Source: Tubiluchus corallicola (taxonomy: Eukaryota; Animalia; Priapulida). From it: a stretch of DNA of 64,000 nucleotides. Positions 26,001 through 35,400 of this stretch are shown in pieces; positions within the stretch are counted from its first letter, which is position 1; each line of letters opens with the position of its first letter. The stretch lies in NCBI GenBank assembly GCA_030141605.1, contig JAQGDQ010000419.1, positions 139,168 through 203,167 on the forward strand, in the 5' to 3' direction. Below the pieces are notes generated by a model. It searched no databases. It saw nothing but the letters and a program-made list of their open reading frames with translations, and was not told the DNA's origin. The position numbers and the translations under genes were made by a program.

Positions 26001-28797
26001 AAACAACTTACGCAAAATATTAGCCTTATCAAAGTTGGGATTTGTCAAAATTTGCAAGGAAAAAACTTGCAAGAAGATAAATTTAAGCATTACAGAAGTG
26101 TGATCTCACACTTTTTCGATTACGTGTCCTGGTAAATGTATAATAAATGTCCTCTAATCAAATGTAGTAACAAAGCTGTCGTCACACAGTGCATAATAGA
26201 CACTTTCAAAGGCATAGGAAAAATTATTCAAATAGGTAAGTAGGAATTACTCTAGCATGAAAATAATTGTAAATACAGAACTGGTTGACGAGCTGTAAGA
26301 AATGAATTAAGACCCACTATGTTTACAAAGGAACTGCGTGGTCTAGAGTGCAGCACTGTGCTCATAATACATTGTCCGTGACTCGTAAACTGGCTCAATA
26401 CATACCTATTCATAATCACGAAGTTACGACTAACTACAGTAACTGCACCCGCAGACCTAAATATTACTTACTTTCTGTTTGCTCTAATGACTAAAATAAC
26501 TATACACTGTTGAGATTGAAAACATTTGATGGAAAAATTTCTTGTTGATTTTATTGTTTCAATTTTGTTTTATTGATTTTATTGACTTCTTGTTGAAAAA
26601 AATTCTGCTAAGCAGCATTTCCACTTGAGAGAGCTTGAAAGACAATGTAAATGTAAAACACGTGAGAAAACTTACGATAAAACAACTAACAGAGGTTTAT
26701 CAAGAGGTCTTCATGGGCAAAAAGCCTACTTATATGTTTTGCCCTGTCAGTCTACGGAAAATTGTCAGTCTTTATTCTTCAGTCCAAGACAACAAGTTAC
26801 AGAGAAGTTGTGTAACAGCTTTAAGAATTTACAATTTAACGTACATTTTTCTTCAAAACAATTTCCCTAGAATAAAATCAAATTTAACAACTTGCCAGCT
26901 TTGCAAAGCTCGATTGAGCATTCCAGAAGAATCTCCAATTCCCCTTTTGGCAGCACGGGAACCACCCAGCGAGGTCGGTTGATCATTTCATCTAGCTTTG
27001 CCAACTCCGTGTGCGGGAAATCCGGTTCGTGATCTTCGGATGACAGTTCCTGGTTCGATGTCGATGGTTCCAACTTCTCCTCATTGTCAGCCTGAAACCA
27101 GGTCAAGGTCACAAATGAGCCCTAAACATTTGCTCTGTCAGGGTTTATATATACAAAGGAGGCGGGAAGGATAACCCTGCGGCCTAAATAAGAGTTGTGT
27201 TGAATGTTTTTGCATTCCTAGGCTACCTGAACATTTAGGCTAAAACAAAAGCATCAAATTAAACATTTAATATAAAGTTCAACTACACAATCAGTTTATC
27301 CAAATGCCTAGGAGAAACGACTTAACCGTTTCTTTTGCAGGAAAACCTGTGAAATGTGAACAGAGCCGGAGGAAAACACAATGCACTGGATGGCATTGAC
27401 AATGACAAGGATCTGCACTAGACCTTCCCTTTTCACAAGCTCAGGTTTGCAAGTGACTGGTGGTCTTACTGCTGCTGCGTATGAGTCTATTCCAGATAAA
27501 GCCACATCCACATGCACACCTGAGAAGACCACTGTATTCCCTTGTCAGTATTAAATTTTATCTCTTTAATTTCAATTTTATTATATATATACATTACAAA
27601 CATAAGTAGGTATAGCAGTAATCAGATCACCACCACTACTAACGATGCTATCAGCTCAAATTATTACTTGATATGGTAGTGGTATGTACGTAAATTAGTA
27701 TGACTACTATACGACTATAGTTGAAGTTTCACAAGTAATTTCAAATCAGTGCTTGACATGCATGCTAATGATGTTGCCAAAAATATTGAATGTTAAAAGA
27801 ATTATTTTGATATGATATGCTACCCATATGTAACATTGGGCACCAATTTGATACAATCCGCTATTTAAAAAAAAATTCCAGAAATAGTATTTTTGTTTAT
27901 GGCGGTTTACTTATATGAAACAGCTCACTTCACAAATGTACTGAAATAAAGTCAAAATTAGTACAATCCACAGTAATTCAAATATTTTTTCTTTGTTGCC
28001 CTTTATCCTAAACAACGCATGGTCACATTCAGGTTAGAGTAGCCCAGTTCAGTCTGGTCCGTAACCATTTACGGAAAATCTGATTCCATCTTCTGTTCAC
28101 GCATAGGACCAACTATTATACCTATAGTTAACATTAATTTCACGGCAAGGAGTTTGGGGCTCAGTTTTTAGCTATTTTCTAGCGATAGGCATAAATGCCT
28201 CACTGTATCACTGCATGAGTGCGACAAAGTCTTAAGTGTCAGAACTGTAACAGTATCTAAAAGTTAAAAAAAAATTGCTCGATATTTAAGCAAATATCAG
28301 CAGTTCGTTATCTTGGGAAATATTGGAATTTTGCTAAAAACTGAGATATGTAATTTCGGGCATAGGACAACACATGTATCAATAAAAATGTTTGCGATTT
28401 TTCTATGCAGCTTGGATGCTGCAAACAAGTATTTTCTATTGCAAAATTTCTCTGATTTCCCGTTCTAGTAGCAGCAAATTTAAAAAGTGGTTTAACCAAA
28501 TTACATTTTTATTATTACCAGCAATTGTTTGGGGTCTCATTGCTTGTGTTTGCACCTGCTGACTTTCTGGTGGAATGATATCAACAAACAAGTCAAACTT
28601 ACTTGTTCAACTGCAGGTAATATCAACAAACAAGTCAAACTTACTTGTTCCACTGCAGGTGGTTGTTGACCATCTTGAGGTGACTGCTGCTGCGGCTGTT
28701 GTTGTTGCTGCTCTAGTGTCGAGGTGTCCGTGGGTGGGGACGCCGGTTGTGCAGGCATGTCAACAGAACCAGTCGTACCTCGAGCCACTACTGTCAT
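931..28797 (-). CDS. USP9X: USP9X / fat facets (FAF) ubiquitin carboxyl-terminal hydrolase, N-terminal ~1228 aa in 24 coding exons; gene continues past the left window edge
   Basis: Exons translate to hallmark USP9X peptides ([86 protein letters not shown]). Every junction is phase-compatible with AG acceptors and GT (one GC) donors. Confidence 0.97.
1283..1633. mobile_element. MITE family A (Harbinger-like), copy 1
   Basis: TIR GCCTTTTC/GAAAAGGC and inner AAAGGTTAAGTGTACCA/TGGTACACTTAACCTTT; similar to 8648-9029 and 15934-16309. Confidence 0.75.
1857..2011 (-). CDS. USP9X: USP9X coding exon 23 (VVYTLLMP...[12 protein letters not shown])
   Basis: Conserved peptide; AG/GT. Confidence 0.94.
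2225..2602. mobile_element. Foldback of two inverted ~170-bp arms resembling Penelope-like pseudo-LTR ends
   Basis: 2225-2392 is the imperfect reverse complement of ~2435-2602; each arm has a hammerhead motif. Confidence 0.7.
2281..2315 (-). ncRNA. Minimal type I hammerhead ribozyme motif
   Basis: Minus strand: CAG CUGACGA A GUCC-GCAAA-GGAC GAAA GC UU CUG, i.e. core boxes, perfect stem II, palindromic AGCU stem III, 3-bp stem I. Confidence 0.6.
2643..3028. repeat. 28-bp minisatellite, ~14 units
   Basis: (CAGTAAAAGCCACCACAGTCATGTCCAG)n. Confidence 0.97.
3144..3274 (-). CDS. USP9X: USP9X coding exon 22 ([19 protein letters not shown]...LYNLE)
   Basis: Conserved peptide; AG/GT. Confidence 0.94.
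3335..3839. mobile_element. Tc1/mariner (pogo/Tigger-like) MITE
   Basis: TIR CAGTCAACCTCGG.TAT / ATATCCGAGGTTGACTG; TA on right flank; internal ATAAGG repeats. Confidence 0.75.
3895..4015 (-). CDS. USP9X: USP9X coding exon 21 (LMAMQP...LLKIMPA)
   Basis: FLFQLADLG; AG/GT. Confidence 0.94.
4075..4910. mobile_element. TA-flanked MITE family B, copy 1
   Basis: TIR C(T/A)GTAGGCGC...TAGA(C/T)TCAC; reverse-oriented relative of 21133-22539. Confidence 0.7.
5247..5384 (-). CDS. USP9X: USP9X coding exon 20 (LITAKL...[14 protein letters not shown]...CLPGV)
   Basis: Conserved peptide; AG/GT. Confidence 0.95.
5505..5616 (-). CDS. USP9X: USP9X coding exon 19 (IKAHNTN...PLRDKT)
   Basis: Conserved peptide; AG/GT. 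Confidence 0.94.
5932..6562. mobile_element. piggyBac-type non-autonomous element
   Basis: TTAA|CCCTTTCACTAC ... GTATTGAAAGGG|TTAA. Confidence 0.75.
7323..7451 (-). CDS. USP9X: USP9X coding exon 18 (AFRGKH...[21 protein letters not shown])
   Basis: Conserved peptide at start of the ubiquitin-like region; AG/GT. Confidence 0.95.
8034..8084. repeat. (TA)n microsatellite
   Basis: Direct. Confidence 0.98.
8411..8622 (-). CDS. USP9X: USP9X coding exon 17 ([11 protein letters not shown]...TIVPMGR)
   Basis: Conserved peptide; AG/GT. Confidence 0.96.
8648..9029. mobile_element. MITE family A, copy 2
   Basis: Same TIRs and body; TAA/TTA flanks. Confidence 0.75.
9285..9400 (-). CDS. USP9X: USP9X coding exon 16 (LDYLWRVV...[10 protein letters not shown])
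   Basis: Conserved peptide; AG/GT. Confidence 0.95.
9596..9690 (-). CDS. USP9X: USP9X coding exon 15 ([10 protein letters not shown]...VELIG)
   Basis: Conserved peptide; AG/GT. Confidence 0.95.
10185..12197. repeat. 58-bp minisatellite, ~34 near-identical units
   Basis: (GTGAGCGACAGTACTCCTCTCTACCTTTAAGCATGTGACAACTGACAACACACACTTC)n. Confidence 0.98.
12475..12578 (-). CDS. USP9X: USP9X coding exon 14 ([13 protein letters not shown]...SGMK)
   Basis: Conserved peptide; AG/GT. Confidence 0.95.
12675..13409. mobile_element. Degenerate Tigger-like MITE
   Basis: TCCTCGCTTAACGA (12679) vs TCGTTAAGCGAAGACTTACTG|TA (13389-13411). Confidence 0.5.
13464..13660. mobile_element. hAT (Charlie-like) MITE
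   Basis: CAGGGGTTCTCAA ... TTGGGAACCACTG with perfect 8-bp TSD GTATATCA. Confidence 0.85.
13833..13956 (-). CDS. USP9X: USP9X coding exon 13 ([14 protein letters not shown]...CFKWFSK)
   Basis: Conserved peptide; AG/GT. Confidence 0.95.
14465..14552 (-). CDS. USP9X: USP9X coding exon 12 (TPDADPN...QERLNFLR)
   Basis: Conserved peptide; phase 1 to 2. Confidence 0.93.
15309..15576 (-). CDS. USP9X: USP9X coding exon 11 (DRDAQKQEW...RLMAK)
   Basis: [14 protein letters not shown]; AG/GT. Confidence 0.95.
15934..16309. mobile_element. MITE family A, copy 3 (opposite orientation)
   Basis: Same TIRs; TAA...TAA flanks. Confidence 0.75.
16740..16946 (-). CDS. USP9X: USP9X coding exon 10 ([26 protein letters not shown]...YSCSQ)
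   Basis: Conserved peptide; AG/GT. Confidence 0.96.
17073..17219 (-). CDS. USP9X: USP9X coding exon 9 ([24 protein letters not shown]...FECFQ)
   Basis: Conserved peptide; AG/GT. Confidence 0.95.
17325..18267. repeat. 29-bp minisatellite, ~32 units
   Basis: (GTTACATGAATTTCATAGCATATCTATCT)n. Confidence 0.98.
18472..18582 (-). CDS. USP9X: USP9X coding exon 8 (LWIQENK...[21 protein letters not shown])
   Basis: Conserved peptide; AG/GT. Confidence 0.95.
18752..19185. mobile_element. TA-flanked MITE family C, copy 1
   Basis: TA|CACTCATATCTCG ... CGAGATATGAGTG|TA. Confidence 0.8.
19327..19465 (-). CDS. USP9X: USP9X coding exon 7 ([14 protein letters not shown]...TAERMA)
   Basis: Conserved peptide; AG/GT. 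Confidence 0.96.
20826..21010 (-). CDS. USP9X: USP9X coding exon 6 ([20 protein letters not shown]...KMILR)
   Basis: Conserved peptide; AG/GT. Confidence 0.96.
21133..22539. mobile_element. TA-flanked MITE family B, copy 2, with a nested LINE 3' tail (~22026-22440)
   Basis: CAGTAGGTGCCATTTATTAGACTCA ... TGAGTCTATCAAGCGGTGTCTACTG; (TTCAA)n+TTTATT tail at ~22030. Confidence 0.65.
23818..24000 (-). CDS. USP9X: USP9X coding exon 5 ([11 protein letters not shown]...FMRII)
   Basis: Conserved peptide; AG/GT. Confidence 0.96.
24201..24597. mobile_element. TA-flanked MITE family C, copy 2
   Basis: Same TIRs and body as 18752-19185. Confidence 0.8.
25005..25110 (-). CDS. USP9X: USP9X coding exon 4 (FHLYNGTR...[11 protein letters not shown])
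   Basis: Conserved peptide; AG/GT; phase 2 to 0. Confidence 0.93.
25265..25535 (+). mobile_element. 5S rRNA-derived SINE (SINE3-like), degenerate
   Basis: GAAGTTAAACAAC...GGTCAGTTAATGGATGAGCGACC...GGG resembles the 3' half of 5S rRNA (internal control region); ends in (TAAATG)n. Confidence 0.6.
25574..25799 (-). CDS. USP9X: USP9X coding exon 3 ([15 protein letters not shown]...LNPTNK)
   Basis: Conserved peptide; AG/GT; phase 1 to 2. Confidence 0.96.
26896..27091 (-). CDS. USP9X: USP9X coding exon 2 (ADNEEK...ELCKA/G), followed by GC donor
   Basis: tttcag acceptor; [15 protein letters not shown]; donor G|GCAAGT. Confidence 0.95.
28579..28660 (-). repeat. 42-bp tandem duplication of the USP9X coding exon 1 donor
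   Basis: Two copies of TATCAACAAACAAGTCAAACTTACTTGTTC(A/C)ACTGCAGGT. Confidence 0.95.
28645..28797 (-). CDS. USP9X: USP9X coding exon 1 (MTVVARG...PPAVEQ); exon acceptor upstream at 28886
   Basis: ATG at 28797, Gln/Pro-rich N-terminus, donor GTAAGT at 28644, phase 0. Confidence 0.8.
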
Positions 28798-30867
28798 CGT
28801 ATTGGGATAGTTTGGACACAGCCTGATCAGTTAAAGTCGCCGTAACCGTGTAGTGACATGTACAACCTTATGTCATGTGGCTCCTTCTAGCCAGAGAAAC
28901 GAGAAACTATGAAATGGCAAAGTTACCAATTAGGTAGTTCAATTTATAGCTGTGTCACTTTGTCCTATTAATTAAAATATCGTGTTATAAAAACAATAAA
29001 TAAAATGCTACAGCAGAAGCAGAATGTTATGAGTACCAGGCTACAGAATGGGATGTCTATGTGCTAAGTTTCAAATGTAATTAGTAGACAGATGAAATCT
29101 CGACTGAACTGTGGTTCGTTCACTTGTTCGAACATGTTCACAGTCTACTAAATTTATCTCAACAGTAACTGAGCAAATACATGGCAAATGACTCTGTCAG
29201 AAGTAGCACCATCATACTCTATTATAATGCCCCTGCTGAAACATGTTATGTGCTCATTCATTCAAAATTTTAACAATTCTGTTTAATTCCATAGCCTTTG
29301 TCACCTTTTACTAATGAGCATATACAATTTTTGTACTACTGTATGTATTACTAATTACATGCAGGATATCTGAGGTTGACAATGAAAATACTTCTGTTTC
29401 TGTCTAATCACTCTAATGATTCTTTATAGCACATATGGCCGGGAATTTTATCATTTTTTGTGCATTCATATACTTATGTGGTGCAGTTGTATAAAGTGTA
29501 TTGTCTTAATTTAAAACGTAAAATGCAATAATCATTACAACATTTTTGTTTTGGCTAGTATGGAGCCATGTTTTTTACAGATAACCCTTGGCATTTCTCA
29601 TAAAACTGGCATTCATGCTGAACAGTGTTAGCCGTTTACACCATAATTATCATAATATACAATAATTTAAGACTTCATACTGTACAAAAAGGAAACTACA
29701 CGATAATTATATGATAATTTAGTAATGCGAAACAAAAAAAGTGAAAAAATGTGCACTGAAAAATTTAGAACAATACCAATAAACAGCGTGAAATAAACAA
29801 TGTTTGTTTCAGCTTAATGTAAATATTCAATTTTAAACATTTGTAAAGCTTCAAAAAATTTTTTTTGCTGCATCAGACAGAAATAAAATTTTTTTGTAAC
29901 CAGTCTGATATGAATTTTGTACATTAGGCAGCATGCACTGCTGCCATCTTTTACAGAATTATGACTCGAATACGACATTTAATCACCTGTACTTGTTTGC
30001 AATGTCAGTCAATTTGGTTCACAAACTGCCACGTTAAAAGTACAATAATTTTGGCAAAATGAATTATTGGTAAGATCTGTTTATATAACGCAGTTTACAG
30101 TTACATACACCACAAATCACAAGTGGTTTTTAATGGCAATTCAGCATTAATTCTTTGGTTCCTTTTATGGGACCAAAAATGATCATAAAAAAATCTAGAA
30201 TAGATTTTAAATAGACTATACATGAAACACAAATGATCTGAGACAATGTCTTAAATTTGAGCCTTCCCAAAAGACAATAAATGACAAAGAAATAAAATAT
30301 AGGAGTATGTATATTTACTAAATAACCGAAAGCTAAATAGGTTTACTTGCAATCTTAGTTGCAGCATTTACAAATTACAAGCACAGCACAAAGCTGGGCA
30401 ATCAACAAGACTTGATCGTGCTCAGAAAATTAATTTATCAAAATGAGTCTGTCTGTATAGATATTTGATAACAGCAAAAATTGCTTGCCTCATGTTGTCT
30501 TTGCGGAAAGCTGTGCTGTTGTTGTAGTTATTGATGAATATTAATAATGGGGCAGAAAGATATAGGTGGTAAATAATCCATCTTACTAGCCCGTTTAGGG
30601 CTAAAATTGAAACTTTTGTTTGAAAACAGGCTTATAACAAACAAGAAATACAGAAACACTATTGTAACCAGTACCCTGTTAAGACAAATAAAGCAATGAC
30701 GACATTCCAATCCTTGTGATTAATAATAGCAACCCCAACCCGCACAAGATCGATCAGAATTCGTCAGTACATTACTGCATTTAATTTATCAAATTCTAGA
30801 CCTTTGGGATCACTAAACAGCTCACATTCCCTACTGTAATGTGCGAGTTCGAAAACGGTCTATGTAC

Positions 30868-31085
30868 CTTTTTGCATTTTTTACCAGTGATAAAGAACAA
30901 GAAAGACTTAGAGGATGAAACATCGATTTCACTGTTTTTTTCTGAACAACATTCGGTAGTATGCACGAAGCGAAATCACTGTTGCTTTTTTCGTTTTCGG
31001 TTACACTGGTTCACTCAAGCGACGCTTTCACGACTACTCTTTATTTTCCTGAAAACGCATAAAAAAGCCGGAGAGCGGCATATAT
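30868..31085 (-). promoter_or_regulatory. Candidate non-coding first exon / promoter region of USP9X
   Basis: Locally CpG-richer stretch ending in AAG|GTACAT donor on minus strand; the ATG exon has its own acceptor (28887-28890), so an upstream exon is needed. Confidence 0.4.
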
Positions 31086-32487
31086 AAATATTATCATCTT
31101 TAATTATTCGCACATAATGTTGTATTACATGGAATATAATACGGTAAGTGGTGCAATTTCTATTGGTATAATAGAATATGTTGTTAGCGGTGAATACTAC
31201 ATTTCATTAACCCATGTCATAGATACGCTTAACATATTTCAAACATAAATTATATGTATATGTATATTATAGAGGGTATAATTTTAACTGTTTAAAATTT
31301 ACTGTGCGATTTTGTCTTGATAATTATCGTAAATTTATGTTCGTCTTTTCATAAGGCTTAAGCACAACATATGAACAGAATACAGCACAGTCTGCCTGCA
31401 ACGACGATCACACCTTAGTGAAGCTTAGAGAATAAGATGATTAAGATGCAAAAAAAGAATATGCTCGCTTAAAACCCAGTATGACGATATTAATTAATCA
31501 AAGTTCCAATTAATAATAGCACATGATTATCATAACAATGTCAAAATTTAATAAAAGCGTCAACGCAACAATAATAATATGACGGCATTTACATTTGTAT
31601 CCATTTATCAGTAATGGGAGGTTCCCCCAAAGGTACCTCTAAAGTGGGAAAATCTGGAAAAGTGCCTCATTACTGTGCCGGTTGTGCCTCAGTGCACATG
31701 CCTATAGGATGTTACTGTGATTTAATCATTTACTACAAAGACTCAGCAATTTTTATGAAGTGTGTATAACAATGACAAAAGCAATAAATTACAATAACAA
31801 CACGGAGTAAGTGCTTGACACCGTAAATACTCAAATCTTATCTGAAGCAAAGTTGAGAGCTTTCAGCTTGTTTTTGTAAAACTGTTGACTTACCATAGAT
31901 GCTTCACAACAATGAAAATAACTTGATTAGAAAAAATGACGTACCACATGGTGTAATGCAGTTGAATTATACTATATGATATTAGTGGATGATACGCAAC
32001 GTTTTCCAACTAAATTTGTTTTAATGCATTGGATAGCTTAAAACTGCCTTTTGTTCAAGTTTAATCCAACTCGTCAGTTATACTAGAGTTTTAAAATTCG
32101 TCATGAGTATTAGTAACTGGTCTGCATAAAAACAAGGATCCTAAGCGCAGAGAACTCACGGTGTTATCTCATAATGGTACTAATGATTGTATTCGTACCC
32201 ATTGCTGTTTTCACTCAGCTAGTATCTGTAATTCATAAGTTTTGATTCTGCTATCAATTTTTCCCTTCAACTATATTCGAATATGCGTATTTAACTCCAG
32301 TTTGCGCAACTTTCAAACTGCTGCCCAACAATTAGAATCTTTGAATTCATGTGTGGACAATGAACAATGCAATTCTAGAATATGAATAATGTGGTTTCAA
32401 TAATAATTATTATTGATTCTATCACTTTTGTTGGCTAATACTACCCGTAATTAACATGCTATTATTTTTGCTGAAAGTAAACCACAA

Positions 32488-35400
32488 ATGCCTCACAATA
32501 TAGCAACTGTGTTCGTCTTATACTGCACTTCATGGCTTGTATTTGTTACTAGTGAATCAAGAGACAAGACCTCTGGAAGTCTGATGTATAATGCAACGTT
32601 AAATTCGAAAAACGAGAAAGAACCACATTTCAGCTCTACTGAAAGTTTTCTCAACAAAGGTTAGTCAAAAAAGCCTAAACAAGAATTAACAAATCCCATA
32701 ATTATATTTACATCAGCTGAAACAAAATGCATTAACTGTAGTAGTGTAAGAGTCAGAAATGCGCTTTTTTCATTAGATTTGTAATAAATTATATTTTCTC
32801 GTATCCATCTGCTGTTAATTCAAAATTTATTTTAGTACTGATATGAAGATATCAGTGCTATAAACGGTATTGGCATGTAGTATCAATATGCACTAGCCAA
32901 ACCCCGTAAAAGAATTTTGCACATAAATTCACTGAAACAACTCACGCCACACCACACCAACCTGTCACACCACTCAAAATACACCGCACCACCCACACCA
33001 CACCATAACACGACACCACTCACACCACCCACTTAACACACCCACCGCACCACACCACACCACGCAACCACCTAACACCCCACTAACTCCACACCACTCA
33101 CAACACATCATACCACACCAACCCACTGCACCACTCACAGCACACCACCCACACCACACTACGCCACACCACCCACAACAAACCACATCCACCACACTAC
33201 ACCAACTCCACCCACACATCACTGCCTACACCCTACCATCCCACCAGATTATCCACGCCATATCACCCACACCACACCACTCAGATCTCACTAAACCACA
33301 CCCACCACACCACCCACACCACTCCACCAGCCCACACACAACCTACCACCCCACCACACCATCCACAGCACAGCACAACACCACCATCACACCACGCAAC
33401 ACCCACCACATCACACGGTGAGCATGATATTGATGGCGATGATGATTAATGCCAATGATAATGACACCTACAGCACTAGCACCAACAGTACAGTATCACA
33501 GCGAAATCATTCAGAACATTTTGCACAATGTCGAAACTGTGTGCTATAATAAATGCTCTTAGTCTGCCTACCAATGATCAATAATGCACGGACATTCTAC
33601 ATTGTTTTGTTTGCTGCTTCTCAGATGATCATAGGCTAACACAACTTACGTAAAATCGATAACGCTACGGAACGGCGGGTGAAAAAAATGCCTAGAACAG
33701 CCGCGAAGTTTCAAAGACAATGGATGTTCCAAATAGTGTACAGCGTAGGGGGTTGAAAAAGAATTTTGAAATACACCTTCCCGTTTCGTCTAGTGGACAT
33801 CTCTCCCAAGGAAACCTTCAACATTTTGTAGACCGTTTTCGTCCTTTCTGTGAATGTGCTTATTTTTTCCCAACATGCCCAAATAGTTGCAGAAATTGAG
33901 TTTTTCTAGAGACTGTTTGAGCACTTTTCTGCAAAATTTGTGTGGTTGGGTCCGAAAAAACGCCCGTCACGGGACGCCGTGGCCCTTCCGCAAAATCTAA
34001 ATATGACTGTTACATCCACCGTTGATTGGGCTATTGAATCATTACCAGCAACGCCCGTGGCCCGTTCCGTATCTCTAGAAATAAGAGGTACAAGTTTTGC
34101 AAAAAATAGGCAAAATATGGCCGTTTTTAGAGCTTTTTCGCCCCCCCGTTCCTCCCGGTGGGCCAGATTCGAAAAATAAACTACCGGGTGCGGACCTATG
34201 TGTGGAGAGCTTTCATTTGACGTCGAGAATGGTGCCGTCGTCGGAGCTGTAGCTTCGTTGGTTATAAATCCATATATATATATATACGACAATTTGGGGA
34301 CATCTATTGACAAAAACAAGAAGCATTATATTCTATAGTACCACCTTAAGCATAAATTGAAACATCACTTAAAATCCAAATAACTATCTTTTCCCTGTGA
34401 CGTTAAAACTATCTTTTACCATTATTTCTGACAGTGGGATTACTCTGTGATAATGTTGTTTTGAATTTACTGACTAATCAATTTTTAGTGAAGCCATTTT
34501 CATAGTTTTTGGTAATGACAATGCAAGTTCATTTTAGCAGAACAGATTTCACCAGAATCAAGGATTATTGGTGGAGAAGATGCCGCTGATGGAGAATTTC
34601 CCTTTATGGTATAAACTTCGGTTTCTTATTGATCAAACAAAGTTTTATAAGTAAGCCTATATTAATAGGCTCAAAACAAGTAAAAAGACGACAGATGCTT
34701 TTTTGTACTAATACGGATGACACAAGCAGCGCCATTATTTGATTGTATCTACATTTTAAATTAGTAAAACATTAATCACTTTCATTTCGTAACAAATTAT
34801 GGTGAAATTGTGTATGCCTTGAGGAGGAATAAGCTTTTTGTAATCTAGTGTCAGGTTTTGATGGGCGAGAAACCTCAGGAAGTGGTCATGGTGGAAGTAG
34901 GAAACCTTCCTTGGGGGGACATCTCAACCTATCGTCTTTATGGAAGACAATTGGGACAAGATAGGCTCCAAAACCTACAAAAGTAATCAAATAATGAATG
35001 TACTAATGTTACTATAAACTAGCAAGGCTGCACAAAACATTTGTGACATTCGTTGCATATATGGGAGCTATTTTAAGGAATAAACAACGTTGTCGTCCTA
35101 CTCGCGACTGTCATTGTCGCTGCCATCACACTATCCGTCATTGCGACCATTAGCGGTACAACAGCTTTTTGTGCAATGAGAAGGACGTTATTTATAACGC
35201 CACTATTTTAGTCTTTGTTATTATAACTTCGTCATCATTGTCATTGCTGTTCGTTATCAACTTGGTTATCTTTATTTTCGCTATTTTTGTTTCAAATAAT
35301 CATCATTCTTATCGTCGTTGCTGTTGTTAAGAGACGACAAGCTGACTTAAGCACTACACTAAACCACAAAATTAACGGATTATAGAGTTTGTGAATTTTA

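Noticed and set aside
27320-27520. Possible extra USP9X cassette exon
   Set aside because: In the required phase it reaches a stop within 11 codons, and the flanking exons already join in frame
33906-34319. ORFs shared between 33906-34319, 37658-37880 and 57189-57507
   Set aside because: Similarity comes from a dispersed non-coding repeat; open on both strands with no recognisable domain
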